Virus record (IMG/VR): IMGVR_UViG_3300023174_002543
Location: 303,105 to 367,104 of that record
DNA: 64,000 bases
Direction: 5' to 3' (one strand)
The notes below the pieces were generated by a model. It searched no databases and was not told the DNA's origin. It saw only the letters and a program-made list of their open reading frames with translations. Shown here in pieces: positions 1-9,782 of this stretch. A program made the translations under genes and the position numbers. Position 1 is the first letter of the stretch. Every line of letters starts with the position of its first letter.

Positions 1-46
1 TTTGGTCAATGATTGATACTTGTACGCCTGGTGAATTTAATGCCAT
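1..46 (-). CDS. Tail sheath protein (T4 gp18-like), 5' end only; continues off the window
   Basis: Manual translation MALNSPGVQVSIIDQ..., the typical 'SPGV' N-terminus of sheath proteins; AAGGA RBS and TAAATA late-promoter motif upstream; next to neck genes. Confidence 0.75.
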   Translation of the reverse strand, partial: MALNSPGVQVSIIDQ

Positions 47-163
47 TTTGTTTTCCTTTAAATGTTATGTATAGGGTTCATTCCCGTCATAGTAATATTT
101 AGCATAGGATCGTAAAAATACCCCAATAACCATGCCTTCGAAGGTTATTTGCTAAATAATAGC

Positions 164-505
164 ATGAGACCTATATGCAAGACCTGCAACAAAAATTTTT
201 GTGCTATTAATTATAAACGTGATGATGTTACACACTATCGTAGCGGATGTGATGAGTGTGGTAGAAAGAAGAAAAAGTTAGTAGCTAGGATGCCCGGATG
301 GCAAAAAGCAAATTACAAGAAAAAAACCACATGTGATTTGTGCGGTTTTCATAGTATCTATCCCAGTCAAACATTAGTCTATCACATAGACGGTGATTTG
401 AAAAATGTAAAATTTAACAACCTCAGAACTATATGTTTAAACTGTGTTGAGGTTATTAAACGCAAAGAAGTTACATGGCGTAGGGGTGACTTAGCAGTTG
501 ATTAA
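164..505 (+). CDS. Zn-binding HNH-type endonuclease-like protein
   Basis: Several CxxC pairs and a H-x-DG...N..NLxTxCxNC HNH-like tail; likely ATG at 164, 5 nt after TAAATA. Confidence 0.65.
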   Translation: MRPICKTCNKNFCAINYKRDDVTHYRSGCDECGRKKKKLVARMPGWQKANYKKKTTCDLCGFHSIYPSQTLVYHIDGDLKNVKFNNLRTICLNCVEVIKRKEVTWRRGDLAVD

Positions 506-1126
506 GTGTTCTATTTGACTGTGTAGATTGTCGATAGAGCCATTATTATCAATATAATAGTCATAATTTAACCCCACGCTACTATATTCACTAGCATGAA
601 TTTTAAGTTTATCTAATTTAGATTTGCTCACTGCCCATAATGCATTACCGTCTGGACCTTTATTATAGTTAACTGCGGAATCATACCATTCTGGTCTTTC
701 ACCGCGCTCAACTCGCATAGTTATACCACCTGCATTTTTGATAGCATTAACTTCATTGGCAAAACGACAATCAGTAATTACGATATTATCTTTTGCTTTG
801 CGTAGTTGATTTTCAACGCTTGCTACCCAAATATCATTATGAAACCCGTTACGACAAACTTCTGTTCCCCATTGTTGTAATACCCAGCGCGGGGTAAGTT
901 CAGGCATATTTAAACGCTCACTCCACCATATATCTAGTTGTTCACGCCATTCTCTACTAGACTTTGTAGTACCTTCAAGCAATTCACGATCCCAACCAAA
1001 GACTGCGGCACATGCATCCTTCAATGTACCTGCAAAACTAATACGTTTATATCCGTGAAATGTTGTAAGATAATCTGCAATAGTGTCCTTACCACTACCA
1101 ATAAACCCTGTAATACCTATAATCAT
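491..1126 (-). CDS. Deoxynucleoside monophosphate kinase (T4 gp1-like)
   Basis: IIGITGFIGSGKDT P-loop, PRWVLQQWGTE, ITDCRFANE, HASE motifs; AGGAG RBS supports start at 1126. Confidence 0.9.
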   Translation of the reverse strand: MIIGITGFIGSGKDTIADYLTTFHGYKRISFAGTLKDACAAVFGWDRELLEGTTKSSREWREQLDIWWSERLNMPELTPRWVLQQWGTEVCRNGFHNDIWVASVENQLRKAKDNIVITDCRFANEVNAIKNAGGITMRVERGERPEWYDSAVNYNKGPDGNALWAVSKSKLDKLKIHASEYSSVGLNYDYYIDNNGSIDNLHSQIEHLINC

Positions 1127-1186
1127 AAAACAAAACTCCTGTAATATAATTATACTACAATAGTGTGACAAAAGTAAATGATTAGG

Positions 1187-2026
1187 TTATATTAATTTAG
1201 AAAGATTTGGGTCGGATAAAATAAATTGTTTTGCTTTTTTAATATCCGTTTCACTTACACCTTCCATAGTGTAAACATAACGGGCATCTTCTTCTGATAT
1301 TGGTACTAGTTTGATACTTTCAATCTTATTGTTAAAGTATAAATTTTTAGGCTTTCCACGATGAAGACCATCAACGTCTATCCATTCTATTTGGTCAAAT
1401 GATTTTACACAACAAATATGAGAAATTTCTGTACTGTCTTCTTCTTCAAAATCATCATAATAGTATCCAGTCCATGCACCTAGGGGTAATTTTGTTAGTT
1501 GATGTAGTGCCATAGCAAATGCATCACACATTCCAGACCTATATATTGATTTAGAATCAGATTCATTAACTTGTTTTGGTCTAGTCAACGTGAATCTTAA
1601 TCCATACTCTGGGCTATAATCTTCCTCTGCATCCCAATTTGGTAATAGTCTTTGAACCATTTTTCTATATAGTGCGATACGACTATTCTCTTTTGCGTCA
1701 AATGCAATTTGTTGTACACTATCACCATAGTATTGTAAAAATTCACGCATAATGTCTACTGCGATTGACATTACTTCTGCTGAGTTCCCTGTACCTGTTG
1801 TACCGAATAATTCTAATTTTTCAGGGTCACTTGCTTGTCGCACTAGACGAAATTGTACTTCCCATTTATGTGGTTTATCATCTCTAAAATGGCTAAATGC
1901 TTGCCATACATAGTCTCTATTACCTACAGTAAATTTAGCAATAGCCTCAGTATCAGCCTTGTATTTCCAAGTCCAGTTTTGTTTACCATGTTGGAATAAT
2001 TCAGCAATGAATTCAGTTGCTCTCAT
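1187..2026 (-). CDS. Two-domain putative internal head protein; C-terminal Cys-His-Asp domain
   Basis: Start MRATEFIAE overlaps the upstream stop (TAATG); C-terminal GMCDAFAMALH...H...WIDVDG. Confidence 0.5.
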   Translation of the reverse strand: MRATEFIAELFQHGKQNWTWKYKADTEAIAKFTVGNRDYVWQAFSHFRDDKPHKWEVQFRLVRQASDPEKLELFGTTGTGNSAEVMSIAVDIMREFLQYYGDSVQQIAFDAKENSRIALYRKMVQRLLPNWDAEEDYSPEYGLRFTLTRPKQVNESDSKSIYRSGMCDAFAMALHQLTKLPLGAWTGYYYDDFEEEDSTEISHICCVKSFDQIEWIDVDGLHRGKPKNLYFNNKIESIKLVPISEEDARYVYTMEGVSETDIKKAKQFILSDPNLSKLI

Positions 2027-2787
2027 TAACCTTGAATCCAAGTCAATGGTTGGCTATAGTCTACGTAATTCTTTAAGTCTAATAATAACTGGTCTTGCAT
2101 TGCTTTGGCTTCTGACTTAAGTGCAGTTCCATTTAATGTAGATCCACCACCTGGTCCTGCAATAGTACCAAATTTTTCACGTGCTTCGCCTATAGTTAGT
2201 TTAAGTTGGCTAAGTGTCCAATCTCCAATCCAAACGCCTGCACCCGGGTCTTGTAATAATTCTGACTCAGGTCTTTGAGTATCGGCCCAAACTAATATTT
2301 GTTCACCGGAACCTTTGATGTTTCGTACTAAACGAATTTGTTTTGTTACAGGATTGAATGTGTAAACAATATATCCACCAAACATACGTGCGGCTAGTTC
2401 GATATACCCTGCATAAAAATCATAGGTTGCTAAACCGCCGGCGGCATTATAATTAAGCAAATATGTATTGAGAATAGCACTTGAAAATGGATCAAAACTA
2501 CTAGCAGCTGGTCCTGTTTCTAGACCAATTGTTCTACGAAATACTTGTCTAACATTTATAAATTCAGGAGGCAAGGTATAAGTATCTACCCCTGATTGCA
2601 ACGTCATTAATGTGTATGATTCAACAGTAGCATTTTGAGCACGTTGGCGATATATTTTAACTGAATATCCATACGCAGCCTCAAAGTGCTCAGGACCAAT
2701 TTCTAAATCAATAATACCGTCACCTAAACGATATCGTAAACTTTGATATAATTCTTGTTTAAGTTCTTCTAAACTTTTTGTAGCCAT
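2026..2787 (-). CDS. Neck protein (T4 gp13-like)
   Basis: RYRLGDGIIDLEI N-terminus and KFGTIAGPGG..LNG C-terminal motif typical of gp13. Confidence 0.8.
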   Translation of the reverse strand: MATKSLEELKQELYQSLRYRLGDGIIDLEIGPEHFEAAYGYSVKIYRQRAQNATVESYTLMTLQSGVDTYTLPPEFINVRQVFRRTIGLETGPAASSFDPFSSAILNTYLLNYNAAGGLATYDFYAGYIELAARMFGGYIVYTFNPVTKQIRLVRNIKGSGEQILVWADTQRPESELLQDPGAGVWIGDWTLSQLKLTIGEAREKFGTIAGPGGGSTLNGTALKSEAKAMQDQLLLDLKNYVDYSQPLTWIQG

Positions 2788-2829
2788 GTAAATCTCCAGA
2801 TAATGTATTTATCTGGAGATCCGGGTACA

Positions 2830-3276
2830 TTACAAATCGCCGTCTTTACGATTCTCAGAGTGATATGCATCAAATGAACCACCGGGATAGCGTGATTCTA
2901 GTTTCTTTACATTCTCTGCAATAACTTCATTGGGGTCTAGATTAAGTGCCCTACAAGCATTAATCCAGTACCACATAACATCACCCAACTCTCGTTTCAT
3001 GTGAAACACATTTTCATCAGTTAGTGCTTTACCTTGAAAGAAAATCTTTTTAGGAATCTCAATAAATTCCCCTGACTCAGCAGCAAGTCCTAAACATGCG
3101 GTTAACAATAAAGGAACATTAACGTTAGGTCCATGTTTCATTTGATTATCATTTAAATCTAGTTCATAGTTTGCATCTATGCGATCCAATGTATCTATGA
3201 ATGTAGTTAAATCATTGCTTGCTTGACTTGTCACCGCCTCTACAAAATCCGCGTACTTGTTCAAATCAATATTCAT
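2830..3276 (-). CDS. MazG-like nucleotide pyrophosphohydrolase
   Basis: GLAAESGEF..KK, ELGDVMWY, N..KL..RYP motifs. Confidence 0.85.
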   Translation of the reverse strand: MNIDLNKYADFVEAVTSQASNDLTTFIDTLDRIDANYELDLNDNQMKHGPNVNVPLLLTACLGLAAESGEFIEIPKKIFFQGKALTDENVFHMKRELGDVMWYWINACRALNLDPNEVIAENVKKLESRYPGGSFDAYHSENRKDGDL

Positions 3277-3452
3277 GGCATATTCCAGGCATCAAATACA
3301 ATAACAGTACCTACAAAAATTTGCACAAGACCAGTACTAGGTTGACCATAACCAAGTAAAGACATTATACCACTTAGTATACTAAGTGTACCCAATGAAT
3401 ATCCAATTTTTTTACGGTTTTCAGTAAACCAAAATACAAATTTATCAATCAT
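3273..3452 (-). CDS. Small two-TM membrane protein (59 aa, not in ORF track)
   Basis: MIDKFVFWFTENRKKIGYSLGTLSILSGIM...VFDAWNMP*; ATGA overlaps at both ends; AAGGAG RBS. Confidence 0.7.
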   Translation of the reverse strand: MIDKFVFWFTENRKKIGYSLGTLSILSGIMSLLGYGQPSTGLVQIFVGTVIVFDAWNMP

Positions 3453-3631
3453 TTCAATAACTCCTTAAACATTTGTTTTCTGCCTTGCACACCAATTTGA
3501 TTATCAAATATTTCTTTAACACGTTGCATCATAGCACATGCCAACATTAGCATTTCCTCGTCATTATCAGTTAATTGTATACACTTATTAACTGGTTCCA
3601 TCATTTCTATCATTCGTTTTTCTATATCCAT
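3449..3631 (-). CDS. Hypothetical protein
   Basis: 60-aa ORF translationally coupled to its neighbours. Confidence 0.65.
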   Translation of the reverse strand: MDIEKRMIEMMEPVNKCIQLTDNDEEMLMLACAMMQRVKEIFDNQIGVQGRKQMFKELLK

Positions 3632-4788
3632 TAGAACGCCTTTAAAATAATCATATTTTCATTAAAGCGTCCTGTTGGTACAGTACCTACTGCTTTAATA
3701 TCTTTAAAATATTTACGTGCCGCGGGCTTACTTCCCATAATTTCTTTAATTTGTTCGCCGGGTTTACGTAGTGTTTTAATTTCACTGGTAGTATTATCAA
3801 ATCCAAGAATCGTATTACCTTTTACAGTAAACGCTTTTGAATAATCATCTGCAATATAGTGATGCAATTTACGCCTTGCAGTGTCATAGACCCATGCCTC
3901 GCTTGCACCATGCAACTTAGTTGGATGTACACTAATCAAGTCAAGTTTATTAGCAGGTTCTTTAAACTCTTTCAAGTACTTAAGTTTGCTAACAATCTTT
4001 TCTACAGGCACTGCCTTCTTTTTGCGAGGTGCTTTACTTGCTTTCTTAATGCTAATATAACTATTGAGGTCACTTAGTACCTGTTCAATGAATTTAAGTG
4101 TATTACGTAATTGGACCTTACCTAAATTGCCATAAGCCTCTTTAAGTTCTTTGTCATCAGTTTCGGATACTTCCTCAAATTCTAATTGTTTCTTCTTCCA
4201 TATCTCAACAATCAATGGAATATGTTGTGGCATGACATTAAATTTTGCAACTAAATCAACTGTCTTTTGCGTTACTTTACCTTCAGTAATAAATTCATCA
4301 AAAATGCCTTCAAGTTCACCTGCCGCATCACGTGCTTTTTCACGCATCAATTCCTGAATGTTAGGGCGATTACTAGGTGCTACTTCTTTTTCAATGACTT
4401 CTGGTTTGTTCACTACTTTAACTAGTCGGCTAATTTCATTTTGTAATGTAAGTTCTTCATGCTCGGTTAATTCTAATCCACGCAATGTCATGCGGGCAAG
4501 CCAACACAATGTCATTAAAAATTCTTTTTCATCAACCTTGCGAATAATCTTGGCATCAGACTCACGATTATTGTGGTCTAAATATTGTGCTAGTAGTTCT
4601 TTGGCGTCTTTTTTTCCATAGAAACGATTGTACCATGTAAAACCATATGTAAGTGCGACTGTACGACTTCCGCCCTCAGGTTGAACTGGAAAAAAGGGCT
4701 CGTCACCCATATACTTTGTATCAGCATCACGCGGATTCAATGCTTTGATAAAGTGGTCTGATGTTGCTTTGGGTTTACGTGTTGCCAT
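3631..4788 (-). CDS. Hypothetical protein, probably early
   Basis: Long ORF; start revised to MATRKPK (AGGAG RBS) downstream of a sigma70-type promoter. Confidence 0.75.
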   Translation of the reverse strand: MATRKPKATSDHFIKALNPRDADTKYMGDEPFFPVQPEGGSRTVALTYGFTWYNRFYGKKDAKELLAQYLDHNNRESDAKIIRKVDEKEFLMTLCWLARMTLRGLELTEHEELTLQNEISRLVKVVNKPEVIEKEVAPSNRPNIQELMREKARDAAGELEGIFDEFITEGKVTQKTVDLVAKFNVMPQHIPLIVEIWKKKQLEFEEVSETDDKELKEAYGNLGKVQLRNTLKFIEQVLSDLNSYISIKKASKAPRKKKAVPVEKIVSKLKYLKEFKEPANKLDLISVHPTKLHGASEAWVYDTARRKLHHYIADDYSKAFTVKGNTILGFDNTTSEIKTLRKPGEQIKEIMGSKPAARKYFKDIKAVGTVPTGRFNENMIILKAF

Positions 4789-4813
4789 AAATACTCCTGT
4801 TACGATAAGACAT

Positions 4814-4842
4814 ATTATACGATATATCCTATTTATTGTCAA
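4814..4842 (-). promoter_or_regulatory. sigma70-type early promoter TTGACA(ATAAAT)-17-TATAAT
   Basis: Consensus -35/-10 with 17-bp spacer; member of a 6-copy family. Confidence 0.8.
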
Positions 4843-4908
4843 GCCTAAAAAGGTAATACTTACTTACTACAAATGGGCTGATAAATACTAGATATATCGG
4901 ATACAAAC

Positions 4909-6825
4909 ATGCCTAGACTCTCCTTATACCGTAGTGAAAAATCAAATGATTATAGATTTTTTGACAGAACCATAGCAGAAATGCTAGATGTTGGTGCGAC
5001 TGATTTGTACATTCACAAGTACAAGGGTATCCAAGACAATGGTCCTACTGATAGCTTGAGTACTCCTAGACAAACTAGTACCGATCCAACAAAGATACAA
5101 GACTTATTATTCTTAGAGAATCGTGACCGTGTATATGACAAAGACATTTATAGATTGCGAGGGCACTATAATGTTCAAAACTTGGATTTTGATTTAAGTC
5201 AGTTTGGATTATTCCTCAATAATGATACAATTTTTATCACAGTACATTATAATAAGATGATAGAAATTGTTGGACGTAAATTAATGGTTGGTGACGTTAT
5301 TGAATTACCTCATCTAACAGATTATCATCCATTAAATGAAACAATACCCACTAGTTTACGCAGATATTATCAAATTACAGATGGTAACTTTGCCAGCGAA
5401 GGATTTAGTAATACTTGGTATGCACATTTATGGCGTATTAAATGTGAGCCATTAGTAGATACTCAGGAGTTTAGTAATATTCTTAAGCAACCAACAAGTA
5501 CAGATAATTATCTAGGTGACTGGAATAAGACAGCCACATATGTCCCGGGATATGTAGTTAGTTATGGTAATAAAAATTATATCTCCCAACAAAATGTACC
5601 AGTAGGTACACCTTGTACAAAAATAGATCCATATACAGGGACATACGTAGTTAATTCACCGTTCTGGGCACTAGATACCGCAGACAATTTAAAAGATATA
5701 TTAGGTAGATATAATCAAAACATTGAAGTAAATGACGCACTGGTCGCAGAAGCTACTAGAATTCTTCCTAGTTCAGGGTACGATAGGCGTCAATTATATC
5801 TTGTACCGACTGATCCTAGTACAAGACAGCCGCAATTACCTAAGGGTATATTAACTAGCAAGGGTGCTCCATTAACCGCAACAGTTCAAATGGTTCAAGG
5901 ATCAAGATATAGTCCTAGCCCTGGTATCATTATTGGTGCTGGTGCATTGAAAAACTTTTTAGACCAACCAATCGGCAGTAGTGATTTATTAAAAGCCTTT
6001 ATGAAGATGACATTAGAGGTTGAACAAGTTGAGCCTGATAGATTAGACACTGGTGGTGGCCAAGTGTCAGGTGATTTTGTTATTGCCGCAAGTGCAACTG
6101 CATTAATTGATAGACCATACGGCACAAGTGATAATACATATTCAGTTTCTAGTGATTATCCAAGTAGCATTGTAACCACGGTTGTTGCTCCTGCAGGTGC
6201 TACAGTTATTAATGTATTAGAATCTCCCAAAGATGCACATCCAGGTATTGATTTAACTGCAACCATTACTACATTGAATGGTCAAACCGCTGAAGTATTT
6301 GATACCGGTACAGTAATTGTAAGTAGAGATTTAGTTAATAAAACGTTTACAATAAATAAACCAACATTGTTTGCAATGCCAGTTAACACAACAATTACTA
6401 TTGCGGGTCGTAGTTTTACCGGTACAATAACAGAAGAAATGGATTATCGTGCTGACGCTGATCCAAGATTCAACTATGTTGTAAATTATACTCCAACAGG
6501 ATTTGGTTATTCTGGTGGATACATGACAGGTGACGGGACTGCACCCAATGGATTACCTTTTGAATCAGGAATAACATTTCCTAATAATCCTGCATTAGGT
6601 GATTACTTCTTAAGAACAGATTATCTTCCACAGACTATGTATCGTTATGATGGTAGTTTATGGGTACAAATAAGTAAAAATGTACGTGCTAGTGTTGGAC
6701 CAAATAGTAATCAAACACAAATGGGTTCATTTATTAATAATACTGCAACTACAACGTTGACTGATGGTACTGTAATTCCACAAAGTCAAGCACTATCATC
6801 ACTATTCAAAATAACACCAGATTAA
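4909..6825 (+). CDS. Neck/head-closure protein (T4 gp14-like) with long C-terminal extension
   Basis: LSQFGLF..D.IFITVH, GDVIELPH motifs; upstream of gp15-like gene; ATAAATA upstream. Confidence 0.6.
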   Translation: MPRLSLYRSEKSNDYRFFDRTIAEMLDVGATDLYIHKYKGIQDNGPTDSLSTPRQTSTDPTKIQDLLFLENRDRVYDKDIYRLRGHYNVQNLDFDLSQFGLFLNNDTIFITVHYNKMIEIVGRKLMVGDVIELPHLTDYHPLNETIPTSLRRYYQITDGNFASEGFSNTWYAHLWRIKCEPLVDTQEFSNILKQPTSTDNYLGDWNKTATYVPGYVVSYGNKNYISQQNVPVGTPCTKIDPYTGTYVVNSPFWALDTADNLKDILGRYNQNIEVNDALVAEATRILPSSGYDRRQLYLVPTDPSTRQPQLPKGILTSKGAPLTATVQMVQGSRYSPSPGIIIGAGALKNFLDQPIGSSDLLKAFMKMTLEVEQVEPDRLDTGGGQVSGDFVIAASATALIDRPYGTSDNTYSVSSDYPSSIVTTVVAPAGATVINVLESPKDAHPGIDLTATITTLNGQTAEVFDTGTVIVSRDLVNKTFTINKPTLFAMPVNTTITIAGRSFTGTITEEMDYRADADPRFNYVVNYTPTGFGYSGGYMTGDGTAPNGLPFESGITFPNNPALGDYFLRTDYLPQTMYRYDGSLWVQISKNVRASVGPNSNQTQMGSFINNTATTTLTDGTVIPQSQALSSLFKITPD

Positions 6826-6833
6826 GGTAAACA

Positions 6834-8213
6834 ATGGCACAATATTTTTATGACCAACAGATACGTAGATTTTTGATTCAATTTGCAAGAATCTTTAGTG
6901 ACTGGAATGTAACTAAAGGAAACGATCCTGCAGGAAATCCAATCATTGTGCGTGTACCTATTCAGTATGGTGATCAAAGTCGTCAAACCGCAGTGATTCA
7001 AGCAAACAACAGTTCTAGTACTATGCCAAGCGCACCGATGATTACATATTATATCACCGGTTTAGAATACGACCAAAAGCGTACACAGGATCCATATTTT
7101 ATTGATAAAGTCAGTGTTCGACAGCGCACGTTTAATCAAACAACACAAAGTTATGAACAAACTCAGGGACAAGCATTTACTGTTGAACGTGTTATGCCTG
7201 TGCCATACACACTAAAAGTTACTGTAGATTTTTGGACTAGTAATTATAATCAAAAATTAGAACTCATAGAACAGTTAGGTGTGTTATTTAACCCTGCAAT
7301 GGAAATACAAAGTACAGATAACTTTATTGATTGGACTAGTTTAAGTGTTATATACCAAGATGGATTGACTTTTAGTAGTAGGACTGTGGCACCAACCACA
7401 GGTAATCCAATCGATATTATGACATGGAAGTTCTATATGCCTATATGGTTAAGTACACCTGCTAAAGTTAAGAAACTCGGTGTCATTCATAAAATCATTG
7501 CAAGTATCTTTAAAGGTAATGCACTTACCGATATGCAAGATGACCATTTGTTATTGGGTACAAGACAAAAGATTACACCATACGGATATAAATTATTATT
7601 GATAGGTAATACATTACAGATATTACCAGCTAATCAAACATTCTACCCAGACAATAGCGCAATTGATTTACCACCTAATCCTAATACTGCATTATATTGG
7701 ACTAGTGTATTGAATGTGTATGGCACGGTAAGACCGGGAATCAGCCAAATATGGTTACAGAATCCATATATGGATACTGATATTGTAGGTACTATTAATT
7801 ATAATGCAGACGATGATAGATTATTAATATTCAATATTGATACTGATACATTGCCGTTGAACACCTTAAAATCAGTTGACAGTATTATCAATCCGCAACT
7901 CAAAGGTCCCGGGCATGGTTTGCCTAATGTTGCTTCGGGACAACGGTACCTGATTGTAGAACCTATAGGTAGTACCATTAACGCTAGTGTAGATTATAGT
8001 GTATGGGGTAGTATAGTAGCAAATGCAAATGATATTATTGAGTATAATAGCACAGCTAGTAAGTGGGAAATTAGTTTTGACAGTAGTGCAGAAACTATTG
8101 TCGAATACGTTACTAATCTTACTTCAGGTGTGCAATATAGATTTGCAAATAATACTTGGATGAAATCATTTGAAGGTTGGTATGAAGAAGGTGATTACAA
8201 CATAGTAATTTAA
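6834..8213 (+). CDS. Tail sheath stabiliser/terminator (T4 gp15-like) with C-terminal extension
   Basis: YFYDQQIRRF..QF, RVPIQYG, MPVPY, QKLELIEQ..VLFNP motifs. Confidence 0.75.
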   Translation: MAQYFYDQQIRRFLIQFARIFSDWNVTKGNDPAGNPIIVRVPIQYGDQSRQTAVIQANNSSSTMPSAPMITYYITGLEYDQKRTQDPYFIDKVSVRQRTFNQTTQSYEQTQGQAFTVERVMPVPYTLKVTVDFWTSNYNQKLELIEQLGVLFNPAMEIQSTDNFIDWTSLSVIYQDGLTFSSRTVAPTTGNPIDIMTWKFYMPIWLSTPAKVKKLGVIHKIIASIFKGNALTDMQDDHLLLGTRQKITPYGYKLLLIGNTLQILPANQTFYPDNSAIDLPPNPNTALYWTSVLNVYGTVRPGISQIWLQNPYMDTDIVGTINYNADDDRLLIFNIDTDTLPLNTLKSVDSIINPQLKGPGHGLPNVASGQRYLIVEPIGSTINASVDYSVWGSIVANANDIIEYNSTASKWEISFDSSAETIVEYVTNLTSGVQYRFANNTWMKSFEGWYEEGDYNIVI

Positions 8214-8228
8214 TGGATATATTCATCT

Positions 8229-8660
8229 ATGATAAATCATAGTATGATGAATATTTCAGGTGGTGTTTTCTTTTACGCACAACACACTAAAAGATTTTTA
8301 TACTTGTTACGCAATGATCCTAGGAACGTAGGTAACTGGGGAATTCCAGGTGGAAAAATAGAAGAAGATGAAACATTATTAGATGGTGTTACACGTGAGT
8401 GTATGGAAGAAATAGGTTACTTTCCTAATGACGCTAAACTTGTACCTATACAAAAGTTCATCAATAATAAATTTGTCTATCATACATTTTTCTGCAAGAT
8501 AGAAGAAGAATTTATTCCTATACTTAATAATGAACACAGCGGTTATTGCTGGATAGATTATGAACAGTATCCAAAGCCAATGCATCCGGGATTATTTAAT
8601 ACAATCAACTTTGATGTTGTACAAGATAAATTAAAAGAGTTGGTTAAAAAAGGGTCCTAA
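8229..8660 (+). CDS. NUDIX hydrolase
   Basis: Nudix box GGKIEEDETLLDGVTRECMEEIG. Confidence 0.9.
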   Translation: MINHSMMNISGGVFFYAQHTKRFLYLLRNDPRNVGNWGIPGGKIEEDETLLDGVTRECMEEIGYFPNDAKLVPIQKFINNKFVYHTFFCKIEEEFIPILNNEHSGYCWIDYEQYPKPMHPGLFNTINFDVVQDKLKELVKKGS

Positions 8661-8671
8661 GACCCTTTTTT
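8647..8671. terminator. Bidirectional intrinsic terminator between convergent genes
   Basis: AAAAAGGGTC-CTAA-GACCCTTTTT. Confidence 0.85.
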
Positions 8672-8687
8672 GTTGTGCTTAAATTAA

Positions 8688-9689
8688 TTAAGCGTTGTCA
8701 ATCTTTACAGAAGTATTTAATACTGCAGCATCAAAAGACCACGGTACACTTGAATTAGTAGCAAATTGTGTACCTGTGCCACGTGTTAGTGTACAACGAC
8801 GGGCTCCAATTTTAGTAACAAAATATGTACCGCCTGCGCTATCTGTAGCACCAATAGTCATTTTACCGGTATCTGTTGCTGCAGATGAAGACAATGCGCT
8901 AGACTTTAATTCGCAAATTGCAGTACCCGATGTAGTTTTAACTTTGAAACGTTTGGTGCTACGTTGTTTAATGATATCTGCAGGTTGTGCATTTGTGATA
9001 GCATCAGAAATTTTAGCATAACAGAAAATTGCATTTTCTTGATTAGTACTTGAACCAATTGCACCTGTATCAGCAGTCAACACGATTGTACCTGCTGGCG
9101 GTGTAAAAGCTGCACCGTTAGCTAACGTAACTGTAAATGTTTCACCACCGCCGTAACCAGAACCTTTTTCATTGATAACTGTGTTAACAATTTTTAATTG
9201 AATGTCAACCGTAAATGTGGCTGCTCCGGAACCTGTTCTTCTAGTAAGAGCAACGGTTTGCAAGTCTGTTAACAATGAAGTTGTACTACCCGGGGCTGTT
9301 ACTGTGAATAAAGCATTTGCTGCAGCTAAACTACCAACAGTAACTATTAATCCTGGAATACTAGCATATTCGTATGTTTCACCGGTGACTAGTCCAGCTT
9401 TGCCAGCTCCGGTTGTAACTGCTGCCGCACCAAAGTAGTTTGTCCAAGTTGCTTGGACGCCGCCCGGTAATGTTGGAGCTGGTAATTGTAAGCCTGCTAA
9501 CGGAGCGGCTGCGCCACCTGCTGTTGATAACCATGAACCACGATTAGACCAGTTAATTGATGCAATACCTTCGCCACCGATTTTATCGTCTGCTGGAGTG
9601 ATTTGATTACCATTTTCATCAACAGTTAATTGTTGACCACCGGTACCGATGTTGCGGTTACCGAAATATTTTTGATTGATTTTTGCCAT
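8688..9689 (-). CDS. Virion structural protein (Gly/Ala/Thr-rich)
   Basis: Composition, GSGY motif, late promoter, structured leader, downstream terminator. Confidence 0.6.
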   Translation of the reverse strand: MAKINQKYFGNRNIGTGGQQLTVDENGNQITPADDKIGGEGIASINWSNRGSWLSTAGGAAAPLAGLQLPAPTLPGGVQATWTNYFGAAAVTTGAGKAGLVTGETYEYASIPGLIVTVGSLAAANALFTVTAPGSTTSLLTDLQTVALTRRTGSGAATFTVDIQLKIVNTVINEKGSGYGGGETFTVTLANGAAFTPPAGTIVLTADTGAIGSSTNQENAIFCYAKISDAITNAQPADIIKQRSTKRFKVKTTSGTAICELKSSALSSSAATDTGKMTIGATDSAGGTYFVTKIGARRCTLTRGTGTQFATNSSVPWSFDAAVLNTSVKIDNA

Positions 9690-9782
9690 TTTATTTTTCC
9701 TTTATGTTATGGGCGTTCTAGGCCTACGCAGTGGCGTTCTGCGTAAACTCTCGTTTTAAGAGCGAACTATGTATTTATCTTT

